Positions 38,598 through 47,090 of a stretch of 64,000 nucleotides of DNA are shown in pieces. This DNA comes from a virus: IMG/VR virus record IMGVR_UViG_3300036804_000088, positions 2,487-66,486 of that record; one strand, written 5' to 3'. A program made the translations under genes and the position numbers. The notes below the pieces were generated by a model. That model did not search any database. It had not been told where the DNA came from and worked only from the letters and a program-made list of their open reading frames with translations. How positions within the stretch are numbered: position 1 is the first letter of the stretch; the number at the start of each line of letters is the position of its first letter.

Positions 38598-39187
38598 GCG
38601 ACGTCGACACCCAATCGGCTGAGCCGGTCGTGGACTACCCGACGATGGCCGCGCAGCCCGCGCTGGCCTGGTCGGTCGCCGAAACGCAGCCGACACCAGC
38701 GCAGCGCCGCCCCATGTCGCATGCCTGGACCGGGCTGCTGGCCGCGGTGATGCTCTCGGCTATCGGCCTGGCATCCTATGTACTGGCTACCGGGCACGCG
38801 CCGCCGCTGCCGCGCCCGGCAGACCCCGCGCCGGCCACAACCACGCCGGACCGACCGTTAAAAACGGCTGACCGCGCACCGGTCACGGTGACCACCACCC
38901 CGCCCGCGGTGACGGTGACCGCAGCCCCGCCCGTCGCGCCCGCCGATAAGGATCAGCGCTACCTGAATATGGTTGCCGCCGACTGGAAACCCTACGACTG
39001 GCACATCGAAGATCCCGCCCTGGTCATCCACAACGCTCACACGGTGTGCGCGATGCTGGCCGACCCTAGCCACCCCACCCGCTCGCAGGTGGCGCACGCT
39101 ATCAACTCGCCTGACAACCCGCCGTTCGGTGTAATTTCGGTGTTGGTGGCGGATGCTAATGCGGTGTACTGCCCGCAACTGGGCTGA
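38594..39187 (+). CDS. Membrane protein with C-terminal DUF732-like domain
   Basis: LAWS motif, TM helix, Pro/Thr linker, DQRYL...AHTVC...A.AVYCP. Confidence 0.7.
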   Translation: MSDVDTQSAEPVVDYPTMAAQPALAWSVAETQPTPAQRRPMSHAWTGLLAAVMLSAIGLASYVLATGHAPPLPRPADPAPATTTPDRPLKTADRAPVTVTTTPPAVTVTAAPPVAPADKDQRYLNMVAADWKPYDWHIEDPALVIHNAHTVCAMLADPSHPTRSQVAHAINSPDNPPFGVISVLVADANAVYCPQLG

Positions 39188-39223
39188 TCCGCAAACTGAT
39201 GGTTAACGACCGAATAAACGGTA

Positions 39224-39252
39224 TTGCAAATCGGGCGGATAAGCGGTAGCGT
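39224..39252 (+). promoter_or_regulatory. SigA-type promoter for a leaderless mRNA
   Basis: TTGCAA-17 bp-TAGCGT; ATG at 39260. Confidence 0.6.
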
Positions 39253-39259
39253 TAATCCC

Positions 39260-39463
39260 ATGAAACCTAACACCGGAAGCCCAACATGGCGTGTCATCCC
39301 AAGCCCCTACACAGACGGTGGCCCTCTTTATGCCATCGTCAACCAGGGCGGCAAGATCGCATCCGACATGCTCGACGGTCGGCTGTGCGTGTTCATCACG
39401 CGAGCGACTGCTGAATACCAGTTGTCCTACCTCCGATCACGCGACAGGCTGGCTGCGGTCTGA
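39260..39463 (+). CDS. Hypothetical protein (MKPNTGSP...)
   Basis: Follows the promoter; TGATG overlap with the next gene. Confidence 0.55.
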   Translation: MKPNTGSPTWRVIPSPYTDGGPLYAIVNQGGKIASDMLDGRLCVFITRATAEYQLSYLRSRDRLAAV

Positions 39464-39744
39464 TGGCTCGTGGTATCAGGGGCACCGCTGGTGAACCGTG
39501 CAATCTCCCGTTTAAGGGGGGTAGATGCGACCTCGCCCCGAATCACAGTGGGCCGCACTACAACTACACCACGGCGCGAAAGAAGTCTGCTGGTCGGCCC
39601 GAAGTTGGCACGCCGATCAACGTTCGTCTTGGCGACGAGCTGCTAGCGGCGGTCGATGCCAAGGCCAATCGTCTTGGCGTGTCGCGCGCTGAACTGATCA
39701 GGATGTTGCTCGCGGACAGCCTACAAGGCGAGATGTCGACGTGA
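39463..39744 (+). CDS. CopG/ribbon-helix-helix DNA-binding protein
   Basis: GRPEVG..INVRL..ELLAAVD..A...GVSRAELIR. Confidence 0.75.
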   Translation: MARGIRGTAGEPCNLPFKGGRCDLAPNHSGPHYNYTTARKKSAGRPEVGTPINVRLGDELLAAVDAKANRLGVSRAELIRMLLADSLQGEMST

Positions 39745-39775
39745 CCTCTAACCCCTTGATTGCAGGTAGGAGCAC

Positions 39776-39994
39776 ATGAGCGACGACTACCTAGTGTGCT
39801 GCCCATTCTGCCTGTCGACGGACCCGAACAAGGTGGGCATCGAGCAGGCTACCGGGATCAGGTGCAATCACTCGTTCCACTGCCCCAGCCCAAAATTTCA
39901 CGGCAACCCGTTCCGCATCTGTCCGCACTGCGCGTGGAGCGAAGACGGCGCGGCTGAGGATGCGCTGATCAACAATCCAGACCGGTACCGCTAA
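39776..39994 (+). CDS. Cys/His-rich small protein
   Basis: AGGAG RBS; CPFC and CPHC motifs. Confidence 0.55.
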   Translation: MSDDYLVCCPFCLSTDPNKVGIEQATGIRCNHSFHCPSPKFHGNPFRICPHCAWSEDGAAEDALINNPDRYR

Positions 39995-40025
39995 CCCGGT
40001 GGTTAACGACAGGAGCAAGCATCAG

Positions 40026-40223
40026 ATGATCGAGACACCGCTGACGCTGGCGACACAAGCCATAGATGCAAGCGCAGCCACGCGGCCAGTTGACGTTGCC
40101 CGCGACGTGCTGAAGTCCCTGCGAGCCGCAGGGTATGTATTCGTCACGCTGCCTGAAAACGTCAACCCGGCAGAGGTCGAATGGAGCTGGCACTACCGGC
40201 CACGAACCGACCCAGACCTCTAA
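40026..40223 (+). CDS. Hypothetical protein
   Basis: AGGAG RBS before MIETP. Confidence 0.5.
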   Translation: MIETPLTLATQAIDASAATRPVDVARDVLKSLRAAGYVFVTLPENVNPAEVEWSWHYRPRTDPDL

Positions 40224-41318
40224 TCGGTAGATCAGCAGGCGGTTCCGGCGGCTTCGCTGACCAGCCGGATTTCCGCCGACGACACCGCCGTGTACCGCTG
40301 CGTCGTCGCCACCGACGTATGACCTAACGCCTCTTGCACCGCCCGCAGATTGTGTGTCCCGGCGTAGCCGCGGGTGGCGAACCGGTGCCGCAGCTTGTGC
40401 ATGGACCACCCCGGCGGCATCACCTTGGACACCAGATGCCCGACCCGGTCGGGGCTCATGTGCCCGTCGATCTTGCCGGGGAACAGGAACCCGCCGCGCG
40501 GGCAGCCCACCACGATGGCATTGGCCAGTGACATGGTGATCGGCACCACCCGCTGTTTGGACCCTTTGCCATGCACGATCAGCGCCGCCCCGTCGCTGCC
40601 GTTGACCAGATCGTCGGTGTGCACGCCGGCCACTTCCGCGCGGCGCAGACCGGCCTCACACGCTAGGCGTGCCATCAACACGGTGCGCGGGTCGGCTACC
40701 GCCAGCAGCTCGCGCCAGATAGCGTCGGTGGCCGGCTTGGGCGCACCGGTGGCCGCGCGCACCGGCGGCAGCTTCACGGTCGGATCGATCATCACGATGC
40801 CCGTCACCGTGACGAACCGGTAGAACGATGCCAGGCTGGCCCGCACCCCGCGGCGGTGCTCTACGGACATCTGGGGGCGTCCCAGTATGGCCAGCAGGTC
40901 ATCGGCGGTGACGTCGCCGGGCTCCGCTATGCCCAGCTCGCGCGCGACAGCGCGGACATGGGAGCGCCGGGTGCGCCGGGTGGCCGCGGACGTTCCGGCG
41001 GCAACCAGCCATGTCAGCCAGGCGTCAATCGCGGTGTCCCATCCTCCCGGTAGTGTGTAAGACAGTGTGTGAATCCCCGATGAACTATTGCCCATAGTCA
41101 CGGTTCGCATATTTACTCCGACGTCAGGGGCAGCGCGAGTTTCTGTGAAGACAACGCGCGTTGTCACAGGTTCACGTTCAGTAATGCACCCGAAGATGCA
41201 GGATTGCATCCGCGCATGCGGCGTTGCCGTTGCCGGTTTCTGTGAACAATCACAGTGATCTACATCTGTCCAATAGCCTGTGGATAATGCGCGCTGCGCA
41301 AACCTCTAATCAGTAGAT
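40216..41318. repeat. 17-bp direct repeat ACCTCTAATC(G/A)GTAGAT flanking the integrase (40216-40232 and 41302-41318)
   Basis: 16 of 17 positions identical, read directly from the sequence. Confidence 0.75.
40232..41110 (-). CDS. int: Tyrosine integrase (short, XerC-like, no N-terminal arm-binding domain)
   Basis: GLRRAEV, GKGSKQR, HKLRH, LGH and TQRY catalytic set. Start chosen at MRTVT with GGAG RBS. Confidence 0.92.
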   Translation of the reverse strand: MRTVTMGNSSSGIHTLSYTLPGGWDTAIDAWLTWLVAAGTSAATRRTRRSHVRAVARELGIAEPGDVTADDLLAILGRPQMSVEHRRGVRASLASFYRFVTVTGIVMIDPTVKLPPVRAATGAPKPATDAIWRELLAVADPRTVLMARLACEAGLRRAEVAGVHTDDLVNGSDGAALIVHGKGSKQRVVPITMSLANAIVVGCPRGGFLFPGKIDGHMSPDRVGHLVSKVMPPGWSMHKLRHRFATRGYAGTHNLRAVQEALGHTSVATTQRYTAVSSAEIRLVSEAAGTAC

Positions 41319-41325
41319 TAGCGGT

Positions 41326-41475
41326 TTACGCACCCCATTGGCGACAGCATGTCCGGCATCGCCACACCATGGGACGTTCCCCAAGGCTGTCGAACACCAG
41401 CACATGCCCGCGGAGCTGATGCCAGAGCAAGGTGAGGACCACCCGCAACGGCGGAACCGTGCCGGCCTGCTTCAT
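41326..41475 (-). CDS. 49-aa hypothetical protein (MKQAGTV...CRTC)
   Basis: Translated by hand; ATGA overlap with the upstream gene. Confidence 0.5.
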   Translation of the reverse strand: MKQAGTVPPLRVVLTLLWHQLRGHVLVFDSLGERPMVWRCRTCCRQWGA

Positions 41476-41654
41476 GCTGTCCTCCCCAGTTCCTTATGTC
41501 CCAGCCACTCATATCCGCAACCGGCGCAGCGATGCTGACCCTCATGCGTCACCCACCAGTCGGTGCCGGTGCGCGTGGCCGGCATCATGCAATGATGCAC
41601 CAGCACGCCCGCGCACGGGTGGGCGGTGTCGTAGAGCTGCATATTGCACGTCAT
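41472..41654 (-). CDS. 60-aa Cys/His-rich protein
   Basis: ATGA-coupled to the repressor stop; HRCAGCG motif. Confidence 0.5.
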   Translation of the reverse strand: MTCNMQLYDTAHPCAGVLVHHCMMPATRTGTDWWVTHEGQHRCAGCGYEWLGHKELGRTA

Positions 41655-42112
41655 GCTGCGTCTTTCAGGTCGTCAGGCTCCGGTGAATTGACCGGCTCAT
41701 TGGGACAGAATGTGCGAGCGAACCATTCCGGCACGTTGCCGCGCCAACTCCAACCGAAGGGTTGGAGGTTCGACTCCTCCCAGGGGAGCGACTCCCCGGC
41801 GGGAACCTTCCTTAGTCGCCGGGGACCGGGATGCGGGTGGCCTGACTGTTCCGGCAGCGCCCGGTACCCCGTGGTCACATATTCATAGGAGATCCCTGCG
41901 ACCCGGCAGAATTCGTCCAGCTCATCGACGTCCCACGGAATGGACCCGGTCATCCGTCGTGACAGCTTTTGTTGACTCTCCCCGGCCAACCGCGCGACCG
42001 CGGAAACGCTGAGCCCCTTGCGGGCCAGCTCTTCGCGAACACGCCGTGTAACAGCCTGGCTCCTGGTTTCACCATCGTCGCCAGCATCCACCAACATGAA
42101 TGATGTACTCAT
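41651..42112 (-). CDS. Immunity repressor (XRE HTH) containing attP, with ssrA-like C-terminal ...KDAA
   Basis: HTH LSVSAVARLAGESQQKLSRRMTG; divergent from cro; TAAAAT -10 element 7 nt before the ATG (leaderless). Confidence 0.85.
   Translation of the reverse strand: MSTSFMLVDAGDDGETRSQAVTRRVREELARKGLSVSAVARLAGESQQKLSRRMTGSIPWDVDELDEFCRVAGISYEYVTTGYRALPEQSGHPHPGPRRLRKVPAGESLPWEESNLQPFGWSWRGNVPEWFARTFCPNEPVNSPEPDDLKDAA
41752..41789 (+). mobile_element. attP common core matching the 3' half of a tRNA-Asn(GTT)-like gene
   Basis: AACCGAAGGGTT-GGAGG-TTCGACT-CCTCC-CAGGGGAG gives T-arm plus acceptor 3' strand; no D-arm upstream. Isotype assigned from memory of mycobacterial tRNA-Asn. Confidence 0.8.
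41793..41825 (+). terminator. Hairpin after the tRNA 3' half, likely terminator for the reconstituted tRNA
   Basis: TCCCCGGCG ... CGCCGGGGA inverted repeat. Confidence 0.55.
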
Positions 42113-42122
42113 GGCGCGTATT

Positions 42123-42267
42123 TTACCTACTAAGCGAGTATCCGCAAGTCGGTAGCCTGCCGGCCGAAAATTCACCGTTGCGACACACCCCTGACATCCC
42201 TTGTGTTTTACGCGCTGAGGGTGTAACCCTTATCACATGCCGTGTAAACCACTCTCTGAGCGAGTAA
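42123..42267. promoter_or_regulatory. Three 19-bp operator-like sites in the repressor/cro switch
   Basis: 42123 TTACCTACTAAGCGAGTAT; 42208 TTACGCGCTGAGGGTGTAA; 42249 CCACTCTCTGAGCGAGTAA. Palindromic consensus TTACTCGCTnAGCGAGTAA. Confidence 0.7.
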
Positions 42268-42461
42268 CCGCGGCGCTTCGCGCCGAGATGGCACGCCGCA
42301 ACATCACCCAAGCATCACTCGCACGCAAACTCGGACGCCGCCAACAGTTCATCTCCCGCCGCCTATCCGGCCGCGTCGTGCTGACCGTAGACGAGCTGGG
42401 CAACTTCGCGGACGCCCTCGACGTCCCCCTAGTCGATCTGGTCGCACCCAACGGCAGCTAG
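42237..42461 (+). CDS. cro: Cro-like HTH protein
   Basis: LRAEMARRNITQASLARKLGRRQQFISRRLSG; divergent from the repressor. Confidence 0.8.
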   Translation: MPCKPLSERVTAALRAEMARRNITQASLARKLGRRQQFISRRLSGRVVLTVDELGNFADALDVPLVDLVAPNGS

Positions 42462-42502
42462 ATCCACCCATCACCGCCAGAGAAAAGAGAGTCAGCACCG
42501 CC

Positions 42503-43453
42503 ATGAATGACCTGCCCAACTACTTCGGACTCGTTCCCATCGACACTATAGAGATAGGGGAACGTTACCGCGCCCAACCTGAAAAAGATCTCGACAAACT
42601 CACAGCTTCCATTGCGGAGCTGGGGCTGCTGCACCCCGTCGTCATCACACCGGACCGCAAACTCATCGCCGGGCAGCGCCGAATCCTGGCCTGCCGGCAG
42701 CTCAACCGAACCGACATCGAAGCGCACATCGTGTCCGACCTGGACGAAGCCGCCCGGCTGCTCGCCGAACACGACGAGAACACCTGCCGGGTAGCGTTCA
42801 CCACTGGCGAAGCCCGCGCGCTGTATAAAAAGCGCAAGGAACTACTGGAACCACTCGGTGAAGCCAAGCGCAACGCCACCCTGAAAAAAGGGAAAGCCGC
42901 ACCACCCAAGCCTAATCCGAAGCCGGCTCCCGTTTCGTCCAGTGAGCAGAACGGGAAACCCGAGCTCCTACCAGAGACACCAGCCGAACACGACGAACCG
43001 TCCGCGGTCAAATACATAGACCTACCGCAGCCCGTCGTGAAGATGGACACCGGGGCAGCCGCAGCCAAAGGCACCGGCAAAAGCCGTCAAACCCTGGACC
43101 GGGCCGAGAAGATCGAAGCCGTCGCCAACGACGAGAAGCTACCCCAAGAGGTCCGCGACTTCGCCAAGGCTGAACTGACAGCCGTCGACAAAGACGAGAA
43201 GCCCGTCAACACCGCCCTGGCCGAAGTGCAAAAGCAGGTCGAAAAGGCGCAGAACTACCGCAACCAGGCAGCGGTGATCAAAGGTGCTGTGTCCGCGTTC
43301 GAACGTCACGCATTCCTACTGGAAGCCGCATTCATCGGTGCCGACAACTTCGACCCCGACTGCAACATCGACACCGTGCGCGACGGGTTCAAACAGATCC
43401 GCGCCCTGGTCGCACGGATCAATAAGTGCGGCAAAGAAATCAGCAACATCTGA
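42503..43453 (+). CDS. ParB N-terminal domain protein
   Basis: L..SI.ELGLLHPVVI...LIAGQRR..A...L and E.DEN..R motifs. Confidence 0.8.
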   Translation: MNDLPNYFGLVPIDTIEIGERYRAQPEKDLDKLTASIAELGLLHPVVITPDRKLIAGQRRILACRQLNRTDIEAHIVSDLDEAARLLAEHDENTCRVAFTTGEARALYKKRKELLEPLGEAKRNATLKKGKAAPPKPNPKPAPVSSSEQNGKPELLPETPAEHDEPSAVKYIDLPQPVVKMDTGAAAAKGTGKSRQTLDRAEKIEAVANDEKLPQEVRDFAKAELTAVDKDEKPVNTALAEVQKQVEKAQNYRNQAAVIKGAVSAFERHAFLLEAAFIGADNFDPDCNIDTVRDGFKQIRALVARINKCGKEISNI

Positions 43454-43635
43454 TGTGCAGCCACGACACACAGCCGGTGGTTATCGCCGCGTGCGTGGAC
43501 AATCCGCACCCGTGGGAATTCGGCATCGTGTACTTCGATGAATGCGATTGGCCCGCACCGGGTTACCGCCTGGTGAAACGGATCACCGGCTGCACCAAAA
43601 ACGAGCTGCTGCGAATGATAGCGGCACGACCATGA
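43453..43635 (+). CDS. Hypothetical protein
   Basis: Start and stop coupled to neighbours. Confidence 0.45.
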   Translation: MCSHDTQPVVIAACVDNPHPWEFGIVYFDECDWPAPGYRLVKRITGCTKNELLRMIAARP

Positions 43636-43865
43636 GCCGGCCTGTCGTGGTGCGCCGCCGTATATTCGATCCCGACCCAAGGGTGTTCGCTATTTACGTC
43701 TGGGAAATCAAGGTCAACGGCGTGGTGGTCGGCATGTTCGAAACCGGCAAACGCGCACTCGTACACGTCAACCGCGAGATGACCAACTGGTACCGCCAGC
43801 AGGCACAGGAACAGGCCAAAGCCCGCTTCGCACAACAAATCCTCGCCAACCTGGGGCTGAAATGA
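43632..43865 (+). CDS. Hypothetical protein (MSRPVVV...)
   Basis: ATGA coupling. Confidence 0.5.
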   Translation: MSRPVVVRRRIFDPDPRVFAIYVWEIKVNGVVVGMFETGKRALVHVNREMTNWYRQQAQEQAKARFAQQILANLGLK

Positions 43866-44008
43866 CGCTATATGGGATCGACAAGCTGCGGTCCGAAGAG
43901 ATCGCCCCGCCGGTGAACCGCGACGGCGAATGCCTGCAATGCAACCGGCACACACAGTGGGGATGGTGCCCGAACTGCACACCCATCCACTACCAGGAGC
44001 TGCCATGA
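43862..44008 (+). CDS. 48-aa zinc-finger-like protein
   Basis: Translated by hand; CLQC and CPNC; ATGA coupling. Confidence 0.5.
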   Translation: MTLYGIDKLRSEEIAPPVNRDGECLQCNRHTQWGWCPNCTPIHYQELP

Positions 44009-44226
44009 GCGGCACCGTAGCGCTGGACGACGTCCGCGACACACTGAAAGAACACTTCCCCGAATGGTTATCGGGCTACTGCTCATGCGGAGTCGAAATC
44101 CCCATCTACAACGACTGGCTGGAACACGTTATGCGGCAACTAGAGCCGCCCGCTGTTGCACAAGGTGACTCCGCTATCGCTGCGGCAGTGCACGAAACAG
44201 ATAGGTGGTACAACGATGGATCTTGA
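44005..44226 (+). CDS. Hypothetical protein
   Basis: AGGAG RBS; H..CSCG..W.EH motif. Confidence 0.55.
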   Translation: MSGTVALDDVRDTLKEHFPEWLSGYCSCGVEIPIYNDWLEHVMRQLEPPAVAQGDSAIAAAVHETDRWYNDGS

Positions 44227-44488
44227 AGACGTCCGCGGCCAAGTCGAAATCATGCAAGCCTGCAAACAACGCATCAACACCCTACAGGAAACCTACGACC
44301 AGGCCCGCGCCGCCGTGGAAGAGAAACTAGGCGACTGCGAACACGGAGAACTCGACGGCAACGTGGTACTCACCTGGCGAACCACCAAACAGCGCCGCTT
44401 AAATCAGGCATACCTGAAACAACACTACGCGGGCATCCGCGAAATCTGCATGGAGACAACCGAAGTCCGCCGCATGGAGCTGAAATGA
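44216..44488 (+). CDS. Conserved phage protein (MDLEDVRG...)
   Basis: LGD.E.G.LDG..V.TW...R.LK..Y motif seen in actinophages. Confidence 0.6.
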   Translation: MDLEDVRGQVEIMQACKQRINTLQETYDQARAAVEEKLGDCEHGELDGNVVLTWRTTKQRRLNQAYLKQHYAGIREICMETTEVRRMELK

Positions 44489-44832
44489 AACGAACCACGC
44501 TACTCGCAGCCCTCGCCGTGGTCGTCGCGCTGGTTGTCGCGTTCCTGTGCATATCAGCAGCCATCGCGCCTGACGCTAACGCCGACAGCAACGACGACGC
44601 ATACCTGTCCCTGCTTGACGCCGGGCACATCGAAAACTGGGACGGTGTCGGAGCCGAAATCGCCGGGGCACACTACATCTGCATGCTGCGGGCAGCCGGT
44701 GAAACTGAAAAGCAAGTCATCAAAGAGGTTTACGGCCTGTCGCAGCTCAACCTGCGCGACAGCATCTACCTTGTCGGTGCCGCCGAGAAGATCTACTGCC
44801 CGTCCTACTGGTCAGGCAGCACCACCGTATGA
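44485..44832 (+). CDS. Secreted DUF732-like protein
   Basis: Signal peptide; ADSNDDAYL..L, AHYIC..L and AA...YCP motifs. Confidence 0.75.
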   Translation: MKRTTLLAALAVVVALVVAFLCISAAIAPDANADSNDDAYLSLLDAGHIENWDGVGAEIAGAHYICMLRAAGETEKQVIKEVYGLSQLNLRDSIYLVGAAEKIYCPSYWSGSTTV

Positions 44833-45020
44833 CCGACATCGACGCTTACAACGAACTGCGGCTGGCCGCAGCCGTCAACCTGATCAGCCTGATAAACATG
44901 ATCCGGTTCGACAGCCCTGGCGAACAAATCACCCTGCAAGCCAAATACGTCGTTGACGACATGGTCCGTGCAGCCACGCAGGCGCAAGTCGATTGTCTAT
45001 CAAAAGGATTGGAACAGTAA
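44829..45020 (+). CDS. Hypothetical protein
   Basis: ATGA coupling. Confidence 0.5.
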   Translation: MTDIDAYNELRLAAAVNLISLINMIRFDSPGEQITLQAKYVVDDMVRAATQAQVDCLSKGLEQ

Positions 45021-45355
45021 TGCCCGACATCCTGCACTACCGCGGCAACCGTGTCCTCTTCGACGCACGGCGCATCGTCGGGCCTGACATGGACGGCGGA
45101 TTCTGGCTACCCGTCACCGCCGGATACGACACCGAAGCCGACATGACCACCATCGGATACCAGCCCGTCCCGCCGGCACGCTGGCCCGCCGAAACACTGC
45201 TCATGCGGGCCGAACACGAACGCCGCAAAGAACTACGCCTAACCCTGCTGGCATCCGCCGGGCACCGCGACACCTGCAAGCGGCTGGTCGAAGCCGCCAT
45301 GCGCGCACCGCAACCCGTCAAACACACCGAGATCGGAAAATGGCTGAACACATGA
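45020..45355 (+). CDS. Hypothetical protein (MPDILHYRG...)
   Basis: TAATG coupling. Confidence 0.55.
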   Translation: MPDILHYRGNRVLFDARRIVGPDMDGGFWLPVTAGYDTEADMTTIGYQPVPPARWPAETLLMRAEHERRKELRLTLLASAGHRDTCKRLVEAAMRAPQPVKHTEIGKWLNT

Positions 45356-45603
45356 TCTCCTACCGCGACACCTGGCCGAAACGCAAAATCGTCAACCGGC
45401 TACTCACCCAATCCGCGCACTGCCACCGGGGATTCAAAAAAGCGGACGCCGATGGCGAATACTGCGTGCGGCACTGCAAACGCTGCACCCGCGTGCAGCT
45501 ATGGAAACACGGCAAACAGCAGATCGAAGCACACAGAGAGGCGCAGCAGCATGGGAAAGCCAAGAGAGGTAAAAGATCTCACCGTGAAATGGCGGGACGG
45601 TAA
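45352..45603 (+). CDS. Basic Cys/His-rich hypothetical protein
   Basis: ATGA coupling. Confidence 0.4.
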   Translation: MISYRDTWPKRKIVNRLLTQSAHCHRGFKKADADGEYCVRHCKRCTRVQLWKHGKQQIEAHREAQQHGKAKRGKRSHREMAGR

Positions 45604-45832
45604 GCCCCCGTATGTCGAGATCCGTTGGGCCGGTGAGCTCGTGATCGCCGGATGGGTACACCCCACACCCGAAGGGCCGGGACACCGCCGCTCCAAGTGT
45701 GTCGGGTGTGCAACACCAGGCGAATGCGCCGCAGTGGGCTACGACTGCGGGCACGATGACACACTGCGAGAAGACAATCAACCGGCGGGCGTCGTACTCG
45801 CTTTCACAGAGAGAGATGACATCCGATGCTAG
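45551..45832 (+). CDS. Hypothetical protein
   Basis: GAGG RBS. Confidence 0.4.
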   Translation: MGKPREVKDLTVKWRDGKPPYVEIRWAGELVIAGWVHPTPEGPGHRRSKCVGCATPGECAAVGYDCGHDDTLREDNQPAGVVLAFTERDDIRC

Positions 45833-46035
45833 CCCTGCAAGACTTCGCACCCACCCCCACCGAACTACTCGCGGTCGCCCCCTACCCCGAACAGGTAGCC
45901 ATCGGATACCTGCGTGCCTGGCGGAAAACCAACGGTGGCAAACGATCCGATGGACGGCCCATCTACGACCCTGACCGCTACAGCGGCGACGTCGGTGACC
46001 TGTTCAACAGCATCTTCAAACCGAAAGAGCAGTGA
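45826..46035 (+). CDS. Hypothetical protein
   Basis: Continues the operon. Confidence 0.5.
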   Translation: MLALQDFAPTPTELLAVAPYPEQVAIGYLRAWRKTNGGKRSDGRPIYDPDRYSGDVGDLFNSIFKPKEQ

Positions 46036-46190
46036 TGACCGTCGAACATGTCGACCCCCGTGCCCGCACCTGCCCCGAACCCGCATGCGGCCAAGAGCTG
46101 GCGCATGAACGCCACGGCGACGAAACCGTATACATGTGCCCCGAACACGGCTGGCAGGCGACCATATTCGAAGAGGGCAGCGGGTCGTGA
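46035..46190 (+). CDS. 51-aa zinc-ribbon-like protein
   Basis: Translated by hand; CPEPAC and CPEH; coupled at both ends. Confidence 0.5.
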   Translation: MTVEHVDPRARTCPEPACGQELAHERHGDETVYMCPEHGWQATIFEEGSGS

Positions 46191-46468
46191 TACAGCACCG
46201 CAAACGCGGGCAAGATCACATCTTCACCGCCCAAGGTCAAGGCTACGACGTGCGCGTCACCGTCGCCGGTCACGGCTACGAATTCACGGTGGCCAGTAAA
46301 GCCGACTACGCCGCCATGACCGACGAGCAAGTAGAAGCATCACGCATCGACCTGGCCGACGCGCTGGTACAGGCTGCCGCGCAGTCCGACTCGCTGCGGC
46401 ACCACAACCCGCCACTCTTCGACCTGACCAGCCTCAAAGGACAGACGAAGGGGATCAACGAACTATGA
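46187..46468 (+). CDS. Hypothetical protein
   Basis: GTGA coupling. Confidence 0.5.
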   Translation: MIQHRKRGQDHIFTAQGQGYDVRVTVAGHGYEFTVASKADYAAMTDEQVEASRIDLADALVQAAAQSDSLRHHNPPLFDLTSLKGQTKGINEL

Positions 46469-46626
46469 GAAAACTACTCGCAGACGCCCTCTACGCCGCC
46501 GCCAACACGCTGTGCATTGCCGCGCAAGCACTCTGGGCCGACGACGACTACTGGAACAGCGAGCTGGAAGAGATGTACGCCTGGGCCGACGACTGGGCTA
46601 ACGCGGAAGACACCGGCGATGACTAG
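46465..46626 (+). CDS. 53-aa acidic hypothetical protein
   Basis: Translated by hand; ATGA coupling. Confidence 0.45.
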   Translation: MRKLLADALYAAANTLCIAAQALWADDDYWNSELEEMYAWADDWANAEDTGDD

Positions 46627-46873
46627 ACAACTGATGATCTACACACTGGGCAAAGACGAGCATGGCAACGAACTCTGCCAAGCATGCCGCCTCACCAAAA
46701 CCATGGTCGAATCAAAACACCTGACCTACACCGAGATCGACGTCACCGCCGACGACAAAGTGCGCGACATGCTGAAAGCCGCCGGGCACAAAGAAATGCC
46801 CGTCGTCGTCACTGGCAACGACGTGTGGACCGGGTTCCGGCCAGACAAGATAAGAGGACTCAACCATGGGTAG
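46619..46873 (+). CDS. nrdH: NrdH-like glutaredoxin
   Basis: IYT...CQAC, MPVVV and WTGFRPDKI. Confidence 0.85.
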   Translation: MTRQLMIYTLGKDEHGNELCQACRLTKTMVESKHLTYTEIDVTADDKVRDMLKAAGHKEMPVVVTGNDVWTGFRPDKIRGLNHG

Positions 46874-47090
46874 ACACGACATCGCCCCTACTCGTTATCT
46901 ATACCCTGGCCTGCGATCCAGCGGGCGGCTGCATGGCGACGTCGAACAATGGCAGCGACTCGACCGCCACGAAATCACCTACATCCTGGTCTATTTGAAC
47001 TGGACGAAAGACGATGTTATCTGGCCCGTGGACCGCACACCCCCCGCCTGGTACCGGATGGGCGTCAGCATGATGGAACCACTCACGTGA
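46866..47090 (+). CDS. Hypothetical protein
   Basis: GAGGA RBS; MGRH start. Confidence 0.5.
   Translation: MGRHDIAPTRYLYPGLRSSGRLHGDVEQWQRLDRHEITYILVYLNWTKDDVIWPVDRTPPAWYRMGVSMMEPLT

Noticed and set aside
41715-41790. Complete tRNA gene
   Set aside because: Only the anticodon-stem 3' strand, T-arm and acceptor 3' strand are present. There is no D-arm or 5' acceptor strand, so it is an attP core.
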